Source: an uncultured Pseudomonadota bacterium
GTDB lineage: Bacteria > Myxococcota_A > Polyangia > Fen-1088
DNA: 64,000 bases
NCBI GenBank assembly: GCA_963847705.1
Contig: CAWKBC010000032.1
Span: forward strand, 448,001 to 512,000
Direction: 5' to 3'
Positions 12,209-21,070 of this stretch are shown piece after piece. A program made the translations under genes and the position numbers. The notes under the pieces are model-generated. The model saw nothing but the letters and a program-made list of their open reading frames with translations, searched no databases and was not told where the DNA came from. Positions within the stretch are counted from its first letter, which is position 1, and each line of letters starts with the position of its first letter.

Positions 12209-13224
12209 GCGCCTCGCGGCCGAACGACGTCGACCAGGGCGCTGACGCCATCACGGCCGCCGTGGCGGCGTTCCGGACGGATCTCGATCGGCTGTTGTCC
12301 GAGATCGGTCGTCGGCTGGTCGGCCAGACCGACGTCGTCGGCGCCGTGGCCTCGGCCATGCTGGCCGGCGGACACGTGCTCGTCGAAGGGGTCCCCGGCC
12401 TCGGCAAGACGTTGCTGGTGCGGACCGCCGCGGCGGCCATGGAGCTGACCTTCTCGCGCGTGCAGTTCACCCCCGATCTCATGCCGGCCGACGTCATCGG
12501 GACCAACCTGATCGTCGACGACGCCGGCGGGCGGCGGTTCGAGTTCCAGAAGGGGCCGATCTTCGCCCACGTCGTGCTGGCCGACGAGATCAACCGCGCG
12601 ACGCCCAAGACGCAGTCGGCGCTGCTGGAGGCGATGCAGGAGCAGTCGGTCACCGTCGGCAAACAGACCTACGCGCTGCCGCCGCCGTTCTTCGTGCTCG
12701 CCACCCAGAACCCGATCGAGATGGAGGGGACCTACCCGCTCCCCGAGGCGCAGCTCGATCGCTTCCTGTTCAAGCTGCGGGCGCTGCCCCCGAGCGGCGC
12801 CGAGCTGCACCAGATCCTCGACCGCACCACCGGCGCCCCCGAGGAGGCGACCCGGGTGGTGCTCGGGCGCGAGCGCCTGCTGGAGATGCGGGCGCTGGTC
12901 CGGCAGGTGCCGGTGGCGCGGCCGATCCAGGACTTCGTGGTGCGACTCGTCGAAGCGACCGATCCCGCGCGCTCCCCGCTCGGCGAGGTCACGCGCTTCG
13001 TCCGCTACGGCAGCTCGCCGCGCGGCGCGCAGGCGTTGATCCTGGGAGCGAAGATCGAGGCGCTGCGGGCGGGCCGCTTCGCCCCCTCCTTCGCCGACGT
13101 GCGGCGGGTGGCGATCCCGGCGCTGCGACACCGGGTGCTGCTCAACTTCGACGGCGAGGCCGAAGGGATCACCGCCGACGCGCTCGTCGAGAAGCTGCTG
13201 GCGGCGCTGCCGGAGATGCCGTGA
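12205..13224 (+). CDS. MoxR-family AAA+ ATPase
   Basis: GVPGLGKT, RVQFTPDLMPAD, ADEINRATPKTQSALLEAM, ATQNPIEMEGTYPLPEAQLDRF. Confidence 0.95.
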   Translation: MSASRPNDVDQGADAITAAVAAFRTDLDRLLSEIGRRLVGQTDVVGAVASAMLAGGHVLVEGVPGLGKTLLVRTAAAAMELTFSRVQFTPDLMPADVIGTNLIVDDAGGRRFEFQKGPIFAHVVLADEINRATPKTQSALLEAMQEQSVTVGKQTYALPPPFFVLATQNPIEMEGTYPLPEAQLDRFLFKLRALPPSGAELHQILDRTTGAPEEATRVVLGRERLLEMRALVRQVPVARPIQDFVVRLVEATDPARSPLGEVTRFVRYGSSPRGAQALILGAKIEALRAGRFAPSFADVRRVAIPALRHRVLLNFDGEAEGITADALVEKLLAALPEMP

Positions 13225-14171
13225 CCGCGGCGGGCGACTTCGCCGTGCGCGCCGCCGGCGCTGGGCCCGCCGAGGGGCCGATTGGGAGCCGGTTCGATGA
13301 CCGGTTCCTGCGCAAGCTCGAGTCGCTGGCGCTGACCATTCGACGCACCACGGCCGGTCGGTCACACGGGATGCGGCGCAACCGCCGCGTGGGAGCCGGC
13401 CTGGAGTTCGCCGATCACCGCGATTACGTCCCCGGCGACGATCTGCGCTACCTCGACTGGAATCTGTACGGCCGGCTCGAGCGTCGGGCGCTGCGGCTCT
13501 ACGAGGAGGACGAGGATTCGTCGATCGACGTCCTGGTCGACGCCAGCGCCTCGATGGCGATGGGGCGGCCGGCCAAGCTCGAGCTGGCGCTCCAGATCGG
13601 CGCCGCCCTCGCCTACGTCGGCCTCTCCAACCTCGACCGCGTCGCGGTGACGGCGCTCGGCAACGAGGCGTCCGGCCCGCCACCGGGGCGCGGCAAGGCC
13701 CGCATCCTGCCGATCCTCCGTCACCTCGACGCCGTTCGCCCACCGCGGCGAACCGCCAGGCCGTCGCTGGAGGCGGCGGTGCGCGAGTTCCTGTCGCGGC
13801 GGCGCGGGCGCAGGCGCGGGTTGGCGGCGCTGGTCTCCGATTTCTACGACCCGGCCGGGGCCCGCGCCGCCCTGGAGCTCGTCCGGCGCAACCGCCTGGA
13901 AGCGATCGCCGTCCAGATCTCCGCCCCCGACGAGCTGGCGCCCCAGCTGCGCGGCGACCTGCAGCTCTGTGACGCCGAGACGGGCGAGGTGCGCGACCTG
14001 ACCATCTCCCCGCGCGCGCTGGCCGACTACGCGCAGAGGCACGCGGCCCTCTTGCGCGAGCTCCGCGGCTATTGCCGCGAACGCGCCATCCCCTGCTTCA
14101 CCGTGACCTCCGATCAGCCTTTCGACGCCGTCGTGCTGCGGATGTTCCGGTCCGGCGGGCTCCTCGGCTGA
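13221..14171 (+). CDS. DUF58 domain protein
   Basis: GLEFADHRDYVPGDDLRYLDW, DASASM, VSDF; follows moxR. Confidence 0.92.
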   Translation: MTAAGDFAVRAAGAGPAEGPIGSRFDDRFLRKLESLALTIRRTTAGRSHGMRRNRRVGAGLEFADHRDYVPGDDLRYLDWNLYGRLERRALRLYEEDEDSSIDVLVDASASMAMGRPAKLELALQIGAALAYVGLSNLDRVAVTALGNEASGPPPGRGKARILPILRHLDAVRPPRRTARPSLEAAVREFLSRRRGRRRGLAALVSDFYDPAGARAALELVRRNRLEAIAVQISAPDELAPQLRGDLQLCDAETGEVRDLTISPRALADYAQRHAALLRELRGYCRERAIPCFTVTSDQPFDAVVLRMFRSGGLLG

Positions 14172-14181
14172 GGGGTCGGGC

Positions 14182-16002
14182 ATGGAGCTGCGCGGCCTCG
14201 CACAGGTCATCGAAGGCGCGTCGGGCGCGCTCTCGCGGACGGCGGCCGCCGTCATCGGCGTCGCCGGCGCCGTGGCCATCACCGCGCTCTATCTGTTGCG
14301 GCTGCGCCGGCGCCGGGTGGTGGTCGCCTTCGCGCCGCTCTGGCTGGGTGCCCCGGGCGCGGCGCGCGCCGCCCGCCGCACGCGCCGGGTGCGCCACTGG
14401 CTGTCGCTCGCGCTGGCGTTGAGCCTCTTTGCGGCGATCCTGCTCGGTGCGGTCGATCTGCCGCGGGAAGCGGTCGATCTCGGGGCCATCGATCGGAGCG
14501 GGCGCAGCCTGGTCCTGCTGATCGATCGGTCGGCCTCGATGTCGGCGACCGACGAAGCCGGCTCCCGGCTGGCCGCCGCCCGACGACGCGCGGACGAGAT
14601 CATCGGCGGCCTCACCGGCGCGGACAGCGCGCTGGTGGCTTCGTTCGCCGCGGACGCGACCGCGGAGAGCGGCTTCGAGTCGGACCCCCACCGGCTCGCG
14701 CGGGCCGTCGCCGGCGTGTCCCCCAGCGACGAGCCCGGTGATCTGCCGCGTGCGCTGGCGTTTGCCGCCGCGATCCTCCGCGGCCGTCCGCGCCCGACCG
14801 TCGTGCTGGTGAGCGACGGCGGCTTCACCGACGACGCGCTCCGCCTGGCGCCCGTCGATCCCGAGGGCCGCCCGCTCGACGTCCGCTACGCCCCTGTCGG
14901 GCGGCGCGCCGACAACGTCGGGATCCTGTCGCTGGCGGCGCGGCGCATCCCCAGCGATCCCGGCGCGGTCGAGACCGCGCTCGTGGTGCAGAGCTTTCGT
15001 CCGAAGGTCGCCACCGTCGGCGTCGAGGTCGCGAGCGGCGGCGCAGTCGTCGAGAAGGTCGAGCTGACGCTGGCCCCCGGTGAGCGCCGGCGCCTGACGC
15101 TCCCCAACCTGTTCGCGCCCGACGCCCGTCTCGAAGCACGGCTCACCGGCGCCCAGCAGGTGACGAATGATCAGACGGGTGATCTGACGGATGACCTGAC
15201 GGTCGATGATCACGCGGCGGCGACCATCCCGCCCTTGCCGCGCCGGAAGATCCTGCGCGTCGGCGGCCCGGACCTCTACCTCGACGCCGCGCTCCTCGGT
15301 CTCGGGCGCACGGTGCACGTCGATCGCCTCGCCGCGGCCGACACCGACCAGGCCGCTGCCCGCGCGCACGACTACGACCTCGTCATCTTCGACGGCGTGA
15401 CACCGTCCATGCCGCCCAGGACCGGGAGGTTTCTCTACTTCGACCCGCAGGGCCCTGGCAGCCCGTTCGCGCCCGCGCGAGAAACCCGCCCGCTGCGGGA
15501 TCCAGTGCTCGACCCGGCGTCGCTCCGCCGCGATCACCCACTCCTGCGCCAGCTCGATCTCAGCGACGTCAACGTCGCCGAGGCGCGCCGGTTGGCGCTC
15601 GGGCCCGGCGACCTCGCGCTGGCCGCCTCCTTCGATGTTCCGTTGATCGTGGCGCGCGAGCGTCCCGGCCTGCGCATCGCCGCGCTGGCCTTCGACCCGC
15701 GCCGGTCGGACCTGCCGATGCGCCCCGCGTTCCCGCTCCTCGTCGCCAACGCGCTCGCCTGGGCGGCCCGCGACGATGTCGAGGCCGCCGCACCTGCCGG
15801 CTACACAGGCGCCACCGTGCGCGACGCGCGCGAGTCGGACACCACGCCGGTCCGCACGCTGGCGCTCGGCGGGCAGGTGCTGGCGCCGCCCGATCCGCCC
15901 GCCCGACATTCGCACCCGCGATTCAGCAGCTGGGCGTTGATGCTGGCCGCCGCGCTCTTGCTGTTCGACTGGCTCAGCTATCACCGACGGTGGACCACAT
16001 GA
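14182..16002 (+). CDS. BatA-like N-terminus plus vWA domain membrane protein
   Basis: LYLLRLRRR N-terminus; MIDAS DRSASM and VSDG; DLPMRPAFP; C-terminal TM segment. Confidence 0.88.
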   Translation: MELRGLAQVIEGASGALSRTAAAVIGVAGAVAITALYLLRLRRRRVVVAFAPLWLGAPGAARAARRTRRVRHWLSLALALSLFAAILLGAVDLPREAVDLGAIDRSGRSLVLLIDRSASMSATDEAGSRLAAARRRADEIIGGLTGADSALVASFAADATAESGFESDPHRLARAVAGVSPSDEPGDLPRALAFAAAILRGRPRPTVVLVSDGGFTDDALRLAPVDPEGRPLDVRYAPVGRRADNVGILSLAARRIPSDPGAVETALVVQSFRPKVATVGVEVASGGAVVEKVELTLAPGERRRLTLPNLFAPDARLEARLTGAQQVTNDQTGDLTDDLTVDDHAAATIPPLPRRKILRVGGPDLYLDAALLGLGRTVHVDRLAAADTDQAAARAHDYDLVIFDGVTPSMPPRTGRFLYFDPQGPGSPFAPARETRPLRDPVLDPASLRRDHPLLRQLDLSDVNVAEARRLALGPGDLALAASFDVPLIVARERPGLRIAALAFDPRRSDLPMRPAFPLLVANALAWAARDDVEAAAPAGYTGATVRDARESDTTPVRTLALGGQVLAPPDPPARHSHPRFSSWALMLAAALLLFDWLSYHRRWTT

Positions 16003-18671
16003 CGAACCTCGGCTGGGGCGCGCGGCTGGGGTTCGAGCGGCCCGCCTGGTTGCTGCTCCTCCTGGCGACGCCGGCCCTGTTCGTGCTGCTCCGGCGCTCC
16101 CTGGCCGACTTTTCCGGGCGGCAGCTGGCGCTCCAGGCGGCGCTGCGCACGCTGGTTTTGGCTGGCGTGGCGACGGCGCTGGCCGGACCGGAGCTCCGGC
16201 GGCCCGCGCACGCGCTCTCCGTGGTGGCGCTGGCTGACGTCTCGGACAGTGTGTCCGACGAGGCGCTCGCCTTCGAGCGTGCCGAGCTCTCGGCGCTGGC
16301 GCGCGCCGCCGCCGGACTTGGCGAGCCGCCGCCGCGGCTCGTCCGCTTCGCCGCCCGCCCCGAGGAGGTCGTCTTCGGCAAAACGACGGAGCTCGCGCTC
16401 TCACGCTTCCCGCCGCCGGCCGGCGCGGCGACGGACCCCGCGCTGGCGGTCGGCCTCGGCGCCGGGCTGGTCGACGCCACCGCCCTCCCGAGGCTGCTGC
16501 TCCTCTCGGACGGGCTCGCCACCCACGGCGATCTCGACGGCGCCGCCGCACGCCTCGGCCGGCGCGCGCTCCCCATCTTCGCGCTCCCGCTCCCTCCCCC
16601 GGCCACCGGCGACGCCGCCGTGGCCGAGCTCTCGGCGCCCGTCGAGGTCCGCCCGCGGGTTCCGTTCCGCGTCGACGTGCGGCTGCTCGCCGATCGGGCG
16701 ACCAACGCGCACCTGCACCTCGAAGGGGACCACGGCACGACGGTCGACGATCCGGACCGCGCCATCCCGCTGCCGGCCGGCGCGACGACCGTCAGCTATC
16801 AGGTGCGTGTCCCGGGGCCCGGGACGACGATCCTGCGGGCCCACCTGCAGGCCTCGTCCGATCGCCATCCAGAGAACGACGAAGGCGTCCTGGCGATCGC
16901 CACCGACCGCGATCCCCACCGCGTCCTCTGTCTGGAAGGGACGCCCGGCGCCGCCACCTCGTTCGCCCGCGCGCTCGCGGCCGAAGGGCTCCCCAGCGAT
17001 GTCCGTCCCGCCGGGGCGGCGCCGGTCGGCGACCTTGGCCGTTACGATCTGGTGGTCCTGGCCGACGTGCCGCGCGCCGCGCTCTCGGACGGTGCGATCG
17101 CGGCGCTCGAGTCGTTCGTGCGCGGCGGCGGCGGGCTCCTGGTGGCGGGCGGCACCCAGAGCTTTGGCCCGGGCGGCTACCTGGGGACGCGCCTGGCGAC
17201 CATCCTGCCGCTGCGCCTCGACGTCCCCGATCGGCAAGAGGAGGCCTCGCTGGCGCTGGCCCTGGTGATCGACAAGTCGGGCTCGATGGCCGGCGAGAAG
17301 CTGGACCTCACCAAGCAGGCCGCCAGCGCGACCGCCGAGGCGCTGCCCCCCTCCGATGAGATCGCGGTGGTGGTGTTCGACAGTCAGGCGCAGCCGGTGG
17401 TGCAGCTTCAGCGCGCGGCCAACCGGCAGCGGATCGCCAATGACATCGGGCGCATCCAGGCCAGCGGCGGGACCAACATCCTGGCCGGCCTGCGCGAGGC
17501 GGTCGAGGAGCTGCTGCCGGCACGGGCGCGCAAGAAGCACATCATTCTCCTGTCCGACGGACAGTCCCCCTACGACGAGATCCCCGATCTGGTCGACGCG
17601 GCGAGCGCCGCCCGGATCACCATCTCCGCGATCGGCGTCGGCGATGGCGCCGATCAGACGATGCTCAAGATGATCGCCGAGCGGGGCGGCGGGCGCTTCT
17701 ACCAGACCCGCGATCCCGCCAGCATCCCGCGCATCTTCTCGCGCGAGACCTCCGACCTCGACGATCAGCTGATCGTCCAGCGGCCGACCTCCGTTCGCGT
17801 CGCCAAGCGGATCGCCGCCTTCGCCGGCGTCGACCTGACGCACGCGCCGGCGCTCGGGGGATACGTGGTCACCCGCCCACGTCCCGAGGCCGAGCTGGCG
17901 CTGGCGACCGGCGATGGTGCGCCGCTCCTGGCGCGGTGGCAGCTCGGCCTCGGCCAGGTGGCCGCCTGGACCAGCGATCTCGGCGCCCGCTGGGGAGCCG
18001 GATGGGCGCGCTGGGCGCCGTTCGACAAGCTGTGGGCGCAGCTCGCCCGCGCCACCATGCGGAAGGGAGCCGCCAGCCACTTCGCCATCCGCAGCGGGCG
18101 CACCGGGGATCGGGTCTCGGTGTCGGTCGACGCGATCGGTGCCGACGACGGCTTCCTGACCGGCCTCGACGGACGCGTCGAGGTCACCACCGTCGGCGCT
18201 GGTGGACAGGTCGCCCCCGCGCGATCCCTGCCGCTCCCCGAGACCGCGCCCGGCCGCTACGAGACCAGCTTCCGCCCCGACATCGAGGCCGGGGCGCTGC
18301 TCTTCGCGGCCACGTTCCGGGCCCGCGGCGCTGACGGCCCGCTGGTCGCCGACGCCAGCGGCAGGCTCACCCTCCCCTTCGCGGCAGAGCTGACTCCCCG
18401 GCCGCCGGCGTCGACCGAAGGGGCGGCGGCGCTCGCCCGGGCGGCGACCGCCAGCGGCGGGCGCGTGGTCCATCACGCGGTCGAAGCCCTCGATCCCGGC
18501 GCTGACCGGCGCGAAACTGAGCAGCCCCTCCGCACGCCGATCCTCCTGATCACGCTGGCGCTGTTCGTCGCGGACGTCGCGCTCCGGCGGATCCGTCTGC
18601 TCGATCCGGCGCGGACCGCCGAGCCGGCGCGGACCGCCGAGCCCGCGCGGGCCATTGACTCCCGACGGTAA
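15999..18671 (+). CDS. Double vWA plus glutamine-amidotransferase-like membrane protein
   Basis: DVSDS and DKSGSM MIDAS motifs, GGTN, LSDG; GGGLLVAGG..SFGPGGY; WQLGLGQVAAWTSD; ATGA overlap with the previous gene. Confidence 0.88.
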   Translation: MTNLGWGARLGFERPAWLLLLLATPALFVLLRRSLADFSGRQLALQAALRTLVLAGVATALAGPELRRPAHALSVVALADVSDSVSDEALAFERAELSALARAAAGLGEPPPRLVRFAARPEEVVFGKTTELALSRFPPPAGAATDPALAVGLGAGLVDATALPRLLLLSDGLATHGDLDGAAARLGRRALPIFALPLPPPATGDAAVAELSAPVEVRPRVPFRVDVRLLADRATNAHLHLEGDHGTTVDDPDRAIPLPAGATTVSYQVRVPGPGTTILRAHLQASSDRHPENDEGVLAIATDRDPHRVLCLEGTPGAATSFARALAAEGLPSDVRPAGAAPVGDLGRYDLVVLADVPRAALSDGAIAALESFVRGGGGLLVAGGTQSFGPGGYLGTRLATILPLRLDVPDRQEEASLALALVIDKSGSMAGEKLDLTKQAASATAEALPPSDEIAVVVFDSQAQPVVQLQRAANRQRIANDIGRIQASGGTNILAGLREAVEELLPARARKKHIILLSDGQSPYDEIPDLVDAASAARITISAIGVGDGADQTMLKMIAERGGGRFYQTRDPASIPRIFSRETSDLDDQLIVQRPTSVRVAKRIAAFAGVDLTHAPALGGYVVTRPRPEAELALATGDGAPLLARWQLGLGQVAAWTSDLGARWGAGWARWAPFDKLWAQLARATMRKGAASHFAIRSGRTGDRVSVSVDAIGADDGFLTGLDGRVEVTTVGAGGQVAPARSLPLPETAPGRYETSFRPDIEAGALLFAATFRARGADGPLVADASGRLTLPFAAELTPRPPASTEGAAALARAATASGGRVVHHAVEALDPGADRRETEQPLRTPILLITLALFVADVALRRIRLLDPARTAEPARTAEPARAIDSRR
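18605..18652 (+). repeat. 18-bp tandem repeat (PARTAE, about 2.5 copies) at the end of the vWA gene
   Basis: ccggcgcggaccgccgag ccggcgcggaccgccgag cccgcgcggg. Confidence 0.75.
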
Positions 18672-18683
18672 TTTTGGCATGAA
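18655..18683 (+). promoter_or_regulatory. Putative sigma70 promoter of tRNA-Pro
   Basis: TTGACT-17 nt-CATGAA, with a TG just upstream of the -10 element, 15 nt before the tRNA. Confidence 0.5.
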
Positions 18684-18698
18684 CCCCCCTTCACTCTT

Positions 18699-18775
<77 letters not shown>

Positions 18776-18791
18776 CTTAAACCCGCGAGAA

Positions 18792-18857
18792 CCCGACCAC
18801 ATGGCTCCGCAATCGCCTGCTGATTCGGATTGCGGGATCAGTTCAGCCGCGGTCGGG
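18792..18857. other. Extended inverted repeat downstream of the tRNA (possible terminator or processing signal)
   Basis: Nested pairs CCCGACC/GGTCGGG, GGCT/AGCC and CCGCAATC/GATTGCGG. Confidence 0.5.
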
Positions 18858-18901
18858 CTTCAGGGCACCGCTCACGTTGCTGGGGAGGGTGACGAATTTT
18901 C

Positions 18902-19909
18902 CTATGTCAATCCGCCGGGCCGTTTTGTTATCGGCGGACCTGACGGCGCCGCGGGGCCGAGAGGCGAGAAGTCGGCGCCGGAGACCTTGACGACGGCCTG
19001 CCAGGCGGCTTCCTGGCTGGCGCGATCGTGGAGGTGTGGCTGGCGCTGCGCCTCAATTGGTCCTGAGAACTTCCCTCGAGCCGAGGCGAAGAATTGCCCT
19101 GAGACGTCGGTTCCGAACTCCGAGGCCTGGAGGTACCGACGGGCCGCGGTCTCCGGCGTCTGATTCATGCCGGGAATGAGGTTCACGATTGGGATGAACA
19201 GATACTTCAACAGCGGGCCAGCGTTGCGCACCGCCTTGGTGGCGGTCGCCCCACCGGGCGAGACGGCGTACACGGCCATGCCGGAGGGCAGCCGGCGCGC
19301 CAGCGCCGCGACCCACCAAGCGATGATGAGCTTCGCGTCGGCGTACGTATTGTTGGGCACGTACCTCACGTTCGGCCCGTTGCGAATCAGGGCTTCGATC
19401 GCGGCGGTCCGGTCTCCCCGGAAGTGTTTGGCCGCGAAGGCTGGCACATCGGTGTAGCTGAACATCGGCACGCCCCCACGGGCCGGCTCCGCGCCGGCGA
19501 TGACAATCCGCGCGTTGGGGCTGAGCAGGCTGGCGCGGAGCAACCCGACAGTCAGTTGATGATGGCCGATGAGCGGGGCCTGAGAAGCCTCGATGCCCGC
19601 CGCAGTGAGCACGCGCTTCTTACCCGGGACCATTCCTGCATTGAGCAGCAGGAGATCGATCGGCCGACCTCGCTTGACCAGCTCGGCGAGGGCGGCCTCC
19701 ACGCTGGACGGCGTGTCCAGATCCAGCTGCAGCGGCGTGAAGACGTGTAGCTTGGTCTCAGCCGCGAGCTGAGCGGCCGTTTCGTGGACCCGAGCCAGGC
19801 CGCGGCCGGTGACGATGACCTGGCCGCAGCCCTCGGCGGCGAGCATGCGGGCTGCTGCATAACCGAGCCCGGAGGTGGTGCCGGTGACGAGGGCGATCGA
19901 ATGTCTCAT
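18902..19909 (-). CDS. SDR-family NAD(P)-dependent oxidoreductase
   Basis: TGTTSGLG, LNAG, YADAK (YxxxK). Confidence 0.9.
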   Translation of the reverse strand: MRHSIALVTGTTSGLGYAAARMLAAEGCGQVIVTGRGLARVHETAAQLAAETKLHVFTPLQLDLDTPSSVEAALAELVKRGRPIDLLLLNAGMVPGKKRVLTAAGIEASQAPLIGHHQLTVGLLRASLLSPNARIVIAGAEPARGGVPMFSYTDVPAFAAKHFRGDRTAAIEALIRNGPNVRYVPNNTYADAKLIIAWWVAALARRLPSGMAVYAVSPGGATATKAVRNAGPLLKYLFIPIVNLIPGMNQTPETAARRYLQASEFGTDVSGQFFASARGKFSGPIEAQRQPHLHDRASQEAAWQAVVKVSGADFSPLGPAAPSGPPITKRPGGLT

Positions 19910-19947
19910 GGGTGGTTTCCTCGCGACGACAGGGTCGCCTTGCCAAT

Positions 19948-20017
19948 TTCGAACTGTTCGGTACAGTAGTGAGGCGAATGGTCGTGCGCAAGGAGTTTTT
20001 AACTGAATGATTCAAAA
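19948..20017. promoter_or_regulatory. Putative TetR operators between the divergent SDR and TetR genes
   Basis: Imperfect palindromes GAACTGTTCGGTAC and TTTTAACTGAATGATTCAAAA; the second covers the TetR start codon. Confidence 0.5.
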
Positions 20018-20669
20018 TGCCACGAGGGCGCGTGGGCGACCGCGCAGCTTCGACGAGATGGAAGCGTTGGAGAAGGCGACCCAGGTGTTCTGGTCGAAGG
20101 GTTACGACGGAGCGACGATCGACGATCTCGTTGATGGGATGGGGGTCGGGCGGCCGAGTCTGTATGCCGTCTTCGGGGACAAGCGGACGCTGTTCCTGCG
20201 CGCTCTCAGGGCGTACGCAGAGAAGAAGGGCGCTGGCGCTGCGAAGGCGCTCCTCTCGCCGCAGCCTCTTCGCGACTCGCTCGCCAGCTTCCTGAGGCAC
20301 ATCGTCGAGAGTGCGACCGAGGAAGGCTCGGCCGTGGGTTGTCTTCTCGTGTGCGTCGCGCCGCTCGTGGACGACGCAGAGGTCCGGCAGTTCCTAAAGA
20401 ACGCAGCGGCTGGAGCTGCGGCGATGGTGGAACGTCGTTTCCGGGAGGGGATCGGCGCGGGGGAGATCCCGGCTGACTTTCCGGTCGCTGCGCGTGCGAG
20501 CCAAGTCATCGACCTTTCCAATGGTTTGACAATGCGCGCGCAGATGGGCACGCCGCGCAAGGCGCTTCTCCGGGACGCAGAGGAGGCGGCCGACTTGGTG
20601 CTTCTGCCGCGCGGGACTGGCCACGGGCCGCGCGGCAGTGCCCGGAAAGCCCGTACGGTTCGGGGCTGA
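20007..20669 (+). CDS. TetR/AcrR (ComR/NemR-like) transcriptional regulator
   Basis: GRPRSFD..FWSKGYDG..GRPSLYAVFGDK..GCLLV; divergent from the SDR. Confidence 0.92.
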   Translation: MIQNATRARGRPRSFDEMEALEKATQVFWSKGYDGATIDDLVDGMGVGRPSLYAVFGDKRTLFLRALRAYAEKKGAGAAKALLSPQPLRDSLASFLRHIVESATEEGSAVGCLLVCVAPLVDDAEVRQFLKNAAAGAAAMVERRFREGIGAGEIPADFPVAARASQVIDLSNGLTMRAQMGTPRKALLRDAEEAADLVLLPRGTGHGPRGSARKARTVRG

Positions 20670-21070
20670 GCTCTGCGTCCGCGAGACGGCGGCTGGCGCA
20701 GCGAATTCGAGGGACGGACGCGTGCCGTCGGGCAGCCCCACTCAAGCGCGTTGGTCACCAGGTCGGTTACTTCTCGGCACGAGAGGCGGTGTCAGTCGCG
20801 GGGCTCCGGCTCATGGGACTTCGCCTCCATCGAAGCGAGAGCGCGGCTTCCATCCGAGCCGGCGCCACTCGTCGCCGGCGTTCTCGTTGCTGGTAGACGC
20901 ACTCCGGTACCGCCTCGAGCGGTTCACTGAGCAGCGGCTCCGGATCGAGCGGGATGAAGACGCTGGCCTGACTCCAATCCGCGTGAGCCTTTTCCACGGC
21001 TCCGCGGTCCGAGGGCTCGTGGTTCCGCTTGAACCCCAGGCATCGCCAGCGTAAGACGCCCCGAGCCAGC

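Noticed and set aside
20670-21070. ORFs 20767..21078 (-) and 20638..21054 (+)
   Set aside because: No recognisable motif or RBS and they overlap neighbours; at most a degraded remnant.
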